DNA of 32,000 bases, from positions 4,290,001-4,322,000 of the forward strand of contig CP104013.1 of NCBI GenBank assembly GCA_025839675.1, read 5' to 3'. A model generated the notes under the pieces. It was not told where the DNA came from, did no database searches, and worked only from the letters and a program-made list of their open reading frames with translations. Below are positions 8,247 to 15,853 of this stretch, in pieces (position 1 is the stretch's first letter; every line of letters starts with the position of its first letter). The stretch comes from Candidatus Lokiarchaeum ossiferum. GTDB taxonomy: Archaea; Asgardarchaeota; Lokiarchaeia; Sigyniarchaeales; Promethearchaeaceae. Position numbers and translations under genes: made by a program.

Positions 8247-8665
8247 GATGCCTCAATTTGCCGCTGAAATGATAGGTTGATTTTTTCAAAATATTCATCT
8301 AATTCGGAAAGTTGATCATAAAGGTAAATTTCTGTGGCAATACCTTGAATTGTGTTTGATATATCAGATCCTTGTTTTGCGATTACATAGATTGGAATTT
8401 TTCGTGCATAGCAATAACCGGCCTCAATTCCTAAACCTACTCCTTTTTCAGAAAATTCTAATACCAAAGCATCGCATAAGTCGATTTGTTTAAAACTTAG
8501 ATCCATCAACTTTTGGGGTGTAAAATGAATTTTTCCCCATTGTTCTAAGTCTTTCACTGCTATAATTGAGTCAATTCCCGCGTTTTCTAATTTATTTGCT
8601 AATTCTGTTATGAATTCTCTATTCGTGTTATCCGGATGATATTTGATAGCCAGATATATCTTCAT
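8243..8665 (-). CDS. nucleoside 2-deoxyribosyltransferase-fold protein (DNPH1/Rcl-like N-glycosidase candidate)
   Basis: 140 aa. It begins MKIYLAIKY. The segment IDLCDALVLEFSEKGVGLGIEAGYCYARKIPIYVIAKQG parallels the D..V(A)E(V)T.PS.GVGYE.G.A....K.I motif, with catalytic Glu, of the NDT/Rcl family. Confidence 0.55.
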   Translation of the reverse strand: MKIYLAIKYHPDNTNREFITELANKLENAGIDSIIAVKDLEQWGKIHFTPQKLMDLSFKQIDLCDALVLEFSEKGVGLGIEAGYCYARKIPIYVIAKQGSDISNTIQGIATEIYLYDQLSELDEYFEKINLSFQRQIEAS

Positions 8666-8708
8666 GCTCCTAGAAATGCATGTGAAAAAATAGGTTTTTC
8701 GTTTTTGA

Positions 8709-9326
8709 TCAATGATTTAATTCTTCAATAAGTTCACTTTGGAATTGGCGGATGCGATAGGTTCGTTCCTTAGCCAATTGTTTGCTATATGGCAAATACA
8801 TTTTCTCTATTAATTTGAATAATTTATCGTCACAGTGATCTATAACGGCTCTGATTCCCTGTAACCTTTGTCCTTGATAGGCGCACACTCGATATATCCC
8901 CACGGCACCGAGAGCATCTAATTTATCTGCATCGGAAATAATTTTTGCTTCCAAGGTCTGAGCGGTACCACCAATTGAAAATGAGTGGCTTAAAATGCCC
9001 TGAACGATCTCTTCTACAACAGATTCTGCAATATTGAGTTTCATTAATAAATTGCGGCTCATTTTTGCTGAAATTGTTGCATGATGTTCGTTTTCAACCT
9101 TTTCAAACTTTCTTCCAATATCATGCAACCAACCGATACATTGAATTTTGTGCCAAGATCCCCCTTCTTGATCATGAATTTTTTTCGCGAGATGAATAAC
9201 TCGTTCAACATGCCCTAATCCATGTAGGTCATCTGTTGATACATAGTTTATTCTTGCAAATGCGATGATCTCCTCAATCTTCGATTCCAATAAATTACGA
9301 TCCTCTCTTTTTTTGGAACAATCCAC
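8709..9326 (-). CDS. HD-domain metal-dependent phosphohydrolase
   Basis: 205 aa with HGLGHVERV, WLHDIGR (the HD dyad), HH, SHS and DADKLDALGAVGI. This is the classical HD superfamily motif set. Confidence 0.8.
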   Translation of the reverse strand: MDCSKKREDRNLLESKIEEIIAFARINYVSTDDLHGLGHVERVIHLAKKIHDQEGGSWHKIQCIGWLHDIGRKFEKVENEHHATISAKMSRNLLMKLNIAESVVEEIVQGILSHSFSIGGTAQTLEAKIISDADKLDALGAVGIYRVCAYQGQRLQGIRAVIDHCDDKLFKLIEKMYLPYSKQLAKERTYRIRQFQSELIEELNH

Positions 9327-9426
9327 AATAATGCTTATCTAAAATTCTTATAAAATTAAATGAATCTTACATTAATATCTTTAAAAAAAAATCCTAACTC
9401 CTATAGGTTCTTTCAGCTTATTACTT

Positions 9427-10782
9427 ATGTTCATGTTTGGAAATAATGAAAAAGTAACTGATGCGTTATGGGAATTATCTGAAGGGAAATCGCCCATTTT
9501 TACAAAAGGATCGGTTAAGCAAATCACAGGATATTCAAATGAAGAGATTCAAAAGAAAACTTGGTTTTCTCTTCTTCATCCGGATGATGTTGAGTTGGTA
9601 AAATTACATTTCAAACAAGCACTTGAATTGGGACAATCTTTCAACCTTCGCTATCGGCTCTGTCATAAATCAGGGAATTGGCTGTGGTTAAATGATAGAA
9701 CTTATGATTTGAAAGAGACAAATGGAACATATGTTATTGAAGGGATTGTATCCGATATTACTGAACTTATCAAACATCAGATTAATTTAGAAGAAAGTGA
9801 AGCTAAATATCGCTCTTTACAGAACAATATTCCGGACGTTTTGTATAAGGAAGATGGACGCAGTCAAATGAGTTATATCAGTGAAAATATAGTGAATATT
9901 TTAGGATATACTCCCAGTGAAATAACGAATGAAATGTGGGCAAAAATAGTGCATCCTGACGATCTTCCAAAGTTACAAAAAGTTTCTGAGCAAATTTTTG
10001 CAGAAGGTATGCCTTTTGATTTAGAATATCGCATTTACCATAAAGATGGTACATTGAAATGGATACACGAACGTGCGTTGGCCATTGCTGAACATAAAAA
10101 GAAAATTAGCTCATATGGAATTATCTCTGATATCACTAAACGAAAAGAAATGGAGAAAAGACTCAAAATTAGTGAAGATCGGTGGACCTTTGCATTAGAA
10201 TGCAATCAAGATGGTGTTTGGGATTGGAATTTAGTTACAAATAGTGTTTTTTTTTCAGAAAACTGGAAGAAAATGCTTGGTTATGCACCTGACGAAATTA
10301 GCCATGATTTGATGGAATGGGATAAATTAGTTCATCCTGAAGATAAAGTTCAAGCATATAGTGATATTAATGAACATATTCAAGGAAAAACTGAGTGGTA
10401 TGTTAACGAACATCGTCTCCTATGCAAAGATGGTTCTTATAAGTGGATTCTCGATCGGGGGAAGGTTATGGAATGGGATGATCATGGGACTCCCACCCGC
10501 TTCATTGGGACTCATACTGATATTACTGAACGCAAGATTGCGGAACGTGAAAAAGAAAAGTTGATAAATGACCTTCAAACCGCCTTATCTCATGTGAAGC
10601 AACTTGGAGGACTCCTCCCGATTTGTGCTGAATGCAAAAAAGTTCGGGATGATGCAGGTTATTATCATCAAATCGAAGATTTCCTACGATCGAATTCCGA
10701 TATTGAGTTTTCCCACGGATTATGCCCTGATTGTGCTCGCCGATTGTACCCTGATTTTATCGATGAAGATAAAACCGCATAA
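9427..10782 (+). CDS. cytoplasmic sensor: three PAS domains, coiled linker and a C-terminal CxxC...CxxC module
   Basis: Three repeats share W..(L/I)(L/V)HP(D/E)D ... (Y/H)R(L/I)..K(S/D)G..(L/K)W: TWFSLLHPDD...YRLCHKSGNWLW, MWAKIVHPDD...YRIYHKDGTLKW and EWDKLVHPED...HRLLCKDGSYKW. The tail is LPICAECKKVRDDAGYYHQIEDFLRSNSDIEFSHGLCPDCARRLYP. I see no kinase, GGDEF, HTH or TM segments. Confidence 0.8.
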   Translation: MFMFGNNEKVTDALWELSEGKSPIFTKGSVKQITGYSNEEIQKKTWFSLLHPDDVELVKLHFKQALELGQSFNLRYRLCHKSGNWLWLNDRTYDLKETNGTYVIEGIVSDITELIKHQINLEESEAKYRSLQNNIPDVLYKEDGRSQMSYISENIVNILGYTPSEITNEMWAKIVHPDDLPKLQKVSEQIFAEGMPFDLEYRIYHKDGTLKWIHERALAIAEHKKKISSYGIISDITKRKEMEKRLKISEDRWTFALECNQDGVWDWNLVTNSVFFSENWKKMLGYAPDEISHDLMEWDKLVHPEDKVQAYSDINEHIQGKTEWYVNEHRLLCKDGSYKWILDRGKVMEWDDHGTPTRFIGTHTDITERKIAEREKEKLINDLQTALSHVKQLGGLLPICAECKKVRDDAGYYHQIEDFLRSNSDIEFSHGLCPDCARRLYPDFIDEDKTA

Positions 10783-10785
10783 AAA

Positions 10786-13419
10786 TTAAAAGCCAATTAC
10801 ATCCATTTTTTGATAAATTGAATCCAAGAGAGGTAGTAGTTGGAGTGTTTTTTTAATCGCTGAACATATCTTGAGAAAAATGATCAATTCTTCATGCGTT
10901 AATCCTCGTTGAAGAGTATTCCACTTTTGAGTTGAATTAAATTGACGTGATTTTAAAAATTGTGAGAGTTGCGGGATATTTCCAATTTGAAATTCCCACA
11001 TTGCTTGGCTGATTCCTTTAATCCAAGGTGTACTCAAATCACTTGAACCAGTTGATGGGTTTTTCTTTAGGTCATTAAAGAAAATGCATTCTTTTCTTTT
11101 ATCAAATCTGAAATTTTGAATTATCCATTGATCTGGGGCAATATCTGCGGTTTCCAATGATGGATCAATTGAGATATTCAGGGTGTGAGCTTGAGCCAGT
11201 TTAAACCCGAGTTCACTTAATCTTCGGTAATATTCTTGATTCGATGGAAGTGGAATTCCGGGGAAGGATTTGCGTAGATAGGCATCATATCGAGTTCTAT
11301 AAGTTGGTGAAAATAAGACTCCATAGATATAATAGAAAAACTCTTCTTGAGATGTTGTAAAATCCAATATTGGCAGTAAAACATTTGATTGCCCATCATA
11401 GTTCAAGAGAAATGCATACGCGGTATCAGTAACAGACATAAAACATTTCTCTATCAAACGAGTTGAAATGAATGCGGTGCAAAACTGAGGTTTTCGGGAT
11501 GATTTTGATACCGTAATTGCAGGGTTACCTTGATTAATTTGATCAATATAGCCCATACGGTGACCTTCCACAATGCTTCTATCATAAGCAATATATCTGT
11601 GATCAAATCCCCTATATTGAACAGTTTGAATGGTGTTTTTTGCATCTTCTAAATTGGTTTGGGAGAATATTTTTTCTTTCTTCCAAGACTTGGAATCGTG
11701 GACTTTAACTTTCAATTGCTCCAATGTTTCAAAATCTTTGTTAAAGAATTTTGTTAAGTTAGATCTAACGGTTGTTTCATCTGTATCCATCACCAAATGA
11801 TCTCTTCCTGCCATAATACCGCTTGTGGGAGTTCTTTTAAAAAATTTATTAATTGGAGTAAAAGTTTCATAACGATCGAGGTGTTCCATGTCCAGTTTCA
11901 CAAAATAATTCTTCTTAGTTTCAGGTAATAATTCAAACAACCCTTCCTCAAATCCTTGTGCTAAAATGGCAAATTTTTCTTCCCGGGTATTTTGGGGTAC
12001 ATCCATGTAATGTATTGCTGCATTTTTATTCGGACGATTGTCGATCCGAACCATGAAGGCGATGCACACTCCAACTCTGATATCAAATGGATTTCCACTC
12101 TCTTTTTTACGCATATCTCCATGCAAATCTACAATATATATATGATCAAAGGTTTGTCGTAATGAGTTCCGCATTACGGAAAACATTTGTCCTTCCAGGT
12201 AACGACTATTTGTGATCATTGCAACTACGCCTGTTCCAACTTGTTCCACTTTCCATTGAGCAAACCGGATGAATTTCACATAGTCATCAGCAAGAATTTT
12301 TTGATTTTTTTCCTGTAATCCCTGTTTATAATCCTGAATTTTTTCAGTGATCCACTTGCAGTTATTTTGAGAACTTAAATTATATGGAGGGTTACCAATT
12401 ATCACAATGGTATCCCCAGAAGTGGTCATTTTCGATTTAAATTTATGATTACTCGCAGAATCTAAAGTATTTTGCAAAAAATATTTGATATTGAGTTCTT
12501 CACCTTGGAAAGGAACATCGAGTCTATCAAGAGTATGCAACAATCGGATATGACCCAATACGTAAGGTGCCGGTAATACTTCAAAGGAATAAAAGTAGGG
12601 AAAAAAATAGTCTTTTAACCAAAGTTGGAAATTATCTTTATATTTCTTGGATTGTTGTCCAAATTGATGCTGAAATTTTAGTCCTGTATATTTCAACAAT
12701 CCACCAGCGAAAGCCATAGTTCCGGCTGCTGGATCCAAAAATATCAAATTTTCCTTCTTATTTTTCCGTGTTGAACCGATCACTCCATTTGGTATATTTA
12801 ACTTAGTCTGACATAAGTGATGGATGGCATCATACATGAAAATTACAATCGGTTCTGGTGTATATATCATTCCATTTTGTTTGGCGGTTAATGGATCATA
12901 ATACAGTAAAAATTCACTGTAAAAAGTCGTAATTAGGGATTCTGAATTATTTAATAAAGTATGAAAGGTTGTTGTTTGAAAAACATTGATCAGTTCATCT
13001 ATTAAAGATCGAAATATATTAGATAGTGAATTCCTCGAATTACCATACATTTTGTGTAAAATTTTGCCATAAGGGTGATTTGAAGCCAAATTTTTGATAG
13101 TAAACTTAGTGGAATCTTTGTGTGAAGAGCAAAATTTTATCCAAGAACAAAAAGTACCATAAATAATTGATTGAGTATATAATTCGGCAAATAATTCATC
13201 CTTTTGAAATAGTTCAGAGTCAATCCCTAAATTAGAAGGAGTAAAGTTGTGTTCTTTTATTTCAAGTTTGTCAATAGTTCTCATGAATTCCAGGGCGTAT
13301 TCTTTAATATCCTTAGCAATATTTGCTAAAAGTGGTATCATTTTCTTTATATTTGCCAGAGTTGTCTGATAGTCTCTATTTTTCTGAGAAGATGCTTGAA
13401 TTGGTTTTGAAGAGATCAT
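10786..13419 (-). CDS. N6-adenine DNA methyltransferase with Type ISP-like C-terminal/specificity region (no nuclease or helicase module)
   Basis: 877 aa. Motifs are FYSEFLLYYDPLTAKQNGMIYTPEPIV, motif I FLDPAAGTMAF and motif IV IIGNPPYN (NPPY at about 12382-12393). The C-terminal region YIYGVLFSPTYRTRYDAYLRKSFPGIPLP ... WEFQIGNIPQLSQFLKSRQ ... LTHEELIIFLKICSAIKKTLQL resembles the conserved C-terminal domain of Type ISP/IIG enzymes. Confidence 0.8.
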   Translation of the reverse strand: MISSKPIQASSQKNRDYQTTLANIKKMIPLLANIAKDIKEYALEFMRTIDKLEIKEHNFTPSNLGIDSELFQKDELFAELYTQSIIYGTFCSWIKFCSSHKDSTKFTIKNLASNHPYGKILHKMYGNSRNSLSNIFRSLIDELINVFQTTTFHTLLNNSESLITTFYSEFLLYYDPLTAKQNGMIYTPEPIVIFMYDAIHHLCQTKLNIPNGVIGSTRKNKKENLIFLDPAAGTMAFAGGLLKYTGLKFQHQFGQQSKKYKDNFQLWLKDYFFPYFYSFEVLPAPYVLGHIRLLHTLDRLDVPFQGEELNIKYFLQNTLDSASNHKFKSKMTTSGDTIVIIGNPPYNLSSQNNCKWITEKIQDYKQGLQEKNQKILADDYVKFIRFAQWKVEQVGTGVVAMITNSRYLEGQMFSVMRNSLRQTFDHIYIVDLHGDMRKKESGNPFDIRVGVCIAFMVRIDNRPNKNAAIHYMDVPQNTREEKFAILAQGFEEGLFELLPETKKNYFVKLDMEHLDRYETFTPINKFFKRTPTSGIMAGRDHLVMDTDETTVRSNLTKFFNKDFETLEQLKVKVHDSKSWKKEKIFSQTNLEDAKNTIQTVQYRGFDHRYIAYDRSIVEGHRMGYIDQINQGNPAITVSKSSRKPQFCTAFISTRLIEKCFMSVTDTAYAFLLNYDGQSNVLLPILDFTTSQEEFFYYIYGVLFSPTYRTRYDAYLRKSFPGIPLPSNQEYYRRLSELGFKLAQAHTLNISIDPSLETADIAPDQWIIQNFRFDKRKECIFFNDLKKNPSTGSSDLSTPWIKGISQAMWEFQIGNIPQLSQFLKSRQFNSTQKWNTLQRGLTHEELIIFLKICSAIKKTLQLLPLLDSIYQKMDVIGF

Positions 13420-13655
13420 AATATTAACCTATTAACCACTTGACAACATATGTTAATCTAATAATATATACTATTCGTATTGATAATATAAATGTTAGGA
13501 GATTGCTCTTTTCTTCAATTTGACATAAAATATCTGCAAAAAATTTTCAAAGGGAGATTTCTCCATATTTCTCCTCGACTTCGATTTTAGCTAAGAATTT
13601 TCCATACTTCCAAATTAAGACCGATCTATATAAAAACGTAAAAAATTTGTTTTTG

Positions 13656-14546
13656 TCAATCCTTTTCAAGGCTTACTGAAGATATTTGATAATTTTGTAA
13701 AGTCCTAGTTAATATTTCTTTGAAATCTGGTAAGTTTGCGCTCCAGATCGAGAGTAAAACTGTGGGATATTGGTGAAATTTCAGAACTGTAAATCCTCCA
13801 TGCATTTTTCCTAAAAATTTGGTTTTTATCTCTAGTTTCCGATAAGGAATGTGGTTAGTATTATCAATATCTAATATTTTAGACGAGAACTTTATTTCCT
13901 CAAAACCAAAAGGAAGTTGATCTTGGACATTTTCTAAAGCATCCTGAAATTGAGCTTCTTGTTTTTGGATTACTCTTGGAATGGCTTCTTCTAAATGTTC
14001 TTTATATCTGTATTTAAAGATTACAATCCCTGCGGAATCGGCCCGAAAATTTCGCCTGGTATCAAACTCCACACTCATAACTGTTTCCATTCCACTTGCA
14101 TTATGCACCTCTGGAATTTCTTTGATGATCCATTTCTTCTTTTTGATTTTGCTAACAATTTCTTTTAACAAAGGAGGCATGATATCAAACTTAGTGTTTG
14201 GTTGAGCCACAATTGTATCAAGATCAAGGATTAATCCCTCAGAAGTTTGCTTCAATCTCTGCAATTTCATTTCCTTTTCTTGAATAATAAGATTTAGGAT
14301 GTTTTGAGGGTTAAGGGGGAAAAAACGTTTCTTTTTCTTTTTCATCTCTTCAAACAAAAAACCCTTCTCTTTCAAGTTTTTTATAATTTTATATAAATTG
14401 GGTCGTTTTTTCTTTGAAAAATAAGGGGATTGGTAAATTTCTGCCACTGTGGCTGATTTTTCTTGGAGTAAAAAGCAATACATTAGGGCTTCTTCTTTAG
14501 ATAAACCAAAGGATATCAAATTATTGATAACTTCGTTTATAATCAC
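13656..14546 (-). CDS. TrmB-like winged-helix protein with uncharacterised C-terminal domain (GTG start)
   Basis: The N-terminus LISFGLSKEEALMYCFLLQEKSATVAEIYQS...NLYKIIKNLKEKGFLFEE matches the TrmB-type wHTH pattern. A K/E-rich coiled segment follows, then about 170 aa that I do not recognise. Confidence 0.6.
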   Translation of the reverse strand: MIINEVINNLISFGLSKEEALMYCFLLQEKSATVAEIYQSPYFSKKKRPNLYKIIKNLKEKGFLFEEMKKKKKRFFPLNPQNILNLIIQEKEMKLQRLKQTSEGLILDLDTIVAQPNTKFDIMPPLLKEIVSKIKKKKWIIKEIPEVHNASGMETVMSVEFDTRRNFRADSAGIVIFKYRYKEHLEEAIPRVIQKQEAQFQDALENVQDQLPFGFEEIKFSSKILDIDNTNHIPYRKLEIKTKFLGKMHGGFTVLKFHQYPTVLLSIWSANLPDFKEILTRTLQNYQISSVSLEKD

Positions 14547-14549
14547 AGT

Positions 14550-14569
14550 GTATACTTGTAGGTATACAG
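14550..14569. promoter_or_regulatory. inverted repeat TGTATAC-N6-GTATACA in the divergent wHTH / methyltransferase promoter region
   Basis: Perfect 7-bp arms lie immediately upstream of the GTG start of the TrmB-like gene and upstream of the SAM-MTase gene. Palindromic operators are typical of TrmB-family autoregulation. Confidence 0.35.
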
Positions 14570-14576
14570 TAGATAT

Positions 14577-15305
14577 ATGTTTTTATTTTCATATTTTGAT
14601 CATAGCACATTCGATGTGATTACTATGAGTAGAAAACTACCACCACGTATTCCCGAAGGGGGAGCCATTGAAAATACTGAAGATTATGATATGAATTTAT
14701 ACAGTGATTTTATTAAAAAGCACCGTCTGAGTGATTATAAAAAATTGGTTTCACGAATGTTGATTCAACATGTGATTCCCCAAAATGGAAAGTTATTGGA
14801 AATTGGGCCGGGTCCTGGATGGATTGGAATATTAGTTGCACAACAACGACCTGATGTCCAAATAATTGGGTTGGAAGCTTCAAAAGATATGATTGAGGTT
14901 GCGACCCAAAATACTTTTGAAGAACATGTAGATACTCAAATCCGCTATGTTTATGGATTTGTAGAGTCCATGGATGATTTTACGGATGACTCATTTGATA
15001 TAGTTTTTTCCAATGACTCTTTGCACCATTGGGAAAACCCATTCAAAGGTTTTAAAGAAATACAGCGGGTTCTTAAACCATCTGGGGAATTATTCATTCA
15101 CGATGAACGAAGGAATCTAAATTTTGGAGAAAAGTTTATTGTGAATGTGTTTGGACGTTTGTTGGCTGGAAAAATGGCGAAATATTGGAAATCTTCCATA
15201 GATGCAAGTTATACTCCGATGGAATTAATCGAAATATTAAAAAAGATTCCATTGTGCAATTGGAGCGTTCATTCCGAAATGTTAGGTTTAACGATTCAAA
15301 CATAA
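14577..15305 (+). CDS. class I SAM-dependent methyltransferase (small-molecule/UbiE-like type); likely true start at the MSRKLPP Met near 14625
   Basis: Motif I is LLEIGPGPGWIGILVA, with post-I GLEAS, then DIVFSNDSLHHW and LKPSGELFIHD. There is no DPPY/NPPY, so it is not a DNA MTase. The first 16 codons of the track ORF are hydrophobic and unconvincing. Confidence 0.8.
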   Translation: MFLFSYFDHSTFDVITMSRKLPPRIPEGGAIENTEDYDMNLYSDFIKKHRLSDYKKLVSRMLIQHVIPQNGKLLEIGPGPGWIGILVAQQRPDVQIIGLEASKDMIEVATQNTFEEHVDTQIRYVYGFVESMDDFTDDSFDIVFSNDSLHHWENPFKGFKEIQRVLKPSGELFIHDERRNLNFGEKFIVNVFGRLLAGKMAKYWKSSIDASYTPMELIEILKKIPLCNWSVHSEMLGLTIQT

Positions 15306-15512
15306 TTTTTTTTAAGAATTTGGTCTTCCTAGAACAACATCATTCTAAGGTCTTCTTTGCTTTTTTTTTCTTGATTTTCCTCATTTCAATGCGTATTTTA
15401 GTAAATTGGAGTGATTCTTGAATTTACATAGGTTTAATAGGTCAGATCATGTTTAAATACATACAAATTGGATTTATCAATTTGAAAAAAAAGTAATAAG
15501 AAGATATTCAAA

Positions 15513-15728
15513 ATGTATTACAGTTTCCGATGTGAAAGTTGTGGCTTCAATTGTAATTGGGAAGAAGTGGCTAGTACACGCTCTAGTCTGATAAAGTACG
15601 CAATGGAACATTATCAATGGGATCACGAAATGGAGGAAATTTCACCTGAATTACGAAGAAAAATTGAAAATGTAATTGAGGAAATTACGTATGAGGAAGA
15701 AGAAACAGATTTTGAAATAAACTGGTAG
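15513..15728 (+). CDS. small DUF1059-like protein
   Basis: 71 aa. FRCESCGFNCNWEEVASTRSSLIKYAMEHYQWDHEM parallels the DUF1059 pattern (..C.d.G.dC.fe..a.teeel...a.eH....H), followed by an acidic tail. Confidence 0.5.
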   Translation: MYYSFRCESCGFNCNWEEVASTRSSLIKYAMEHYQWDHEMEEISPELRRKIENVIEEITYEEEETDFEINW

Positions 15729-15853
15729 AAAATCTTTCTCTTTTTTTTATAATCTCATTCTATTTTATAACCCAAGGAAAAAAGGATGATTTCATTTATT
15801 TATTGAATAACACTTTTTTCAGAAGAGAAAAAAAACGGACTTTTATACTCCAT

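Noticed and set aside
13255-13275. D-K-L-E-I-K (aa 49-54) in the N-terminus of the methyltransferase as a PD-(D/E)xK nuclease motif, which would make it a Type IIG enzyme
   Set aside because: The Asp-to-Glu spacing is only 2 residues, whereas real motifs have ~10-30. The surrounding sequence looks helical rather than strand-loop-strand. It is most likely chance in a K/E-rich region.
10786-15305. Complete Type I, BREX or DISARM system around the methyltransferase
   Set aside because: There is no HsdR/HsdS, PglZ, BrxC/L, DrmA/B, helicase or ATPase ORF in the neighbourhood. The second methyltransferase (14577-15305) is a small-molecule class I enzyme without DNA-MTase motif IV.
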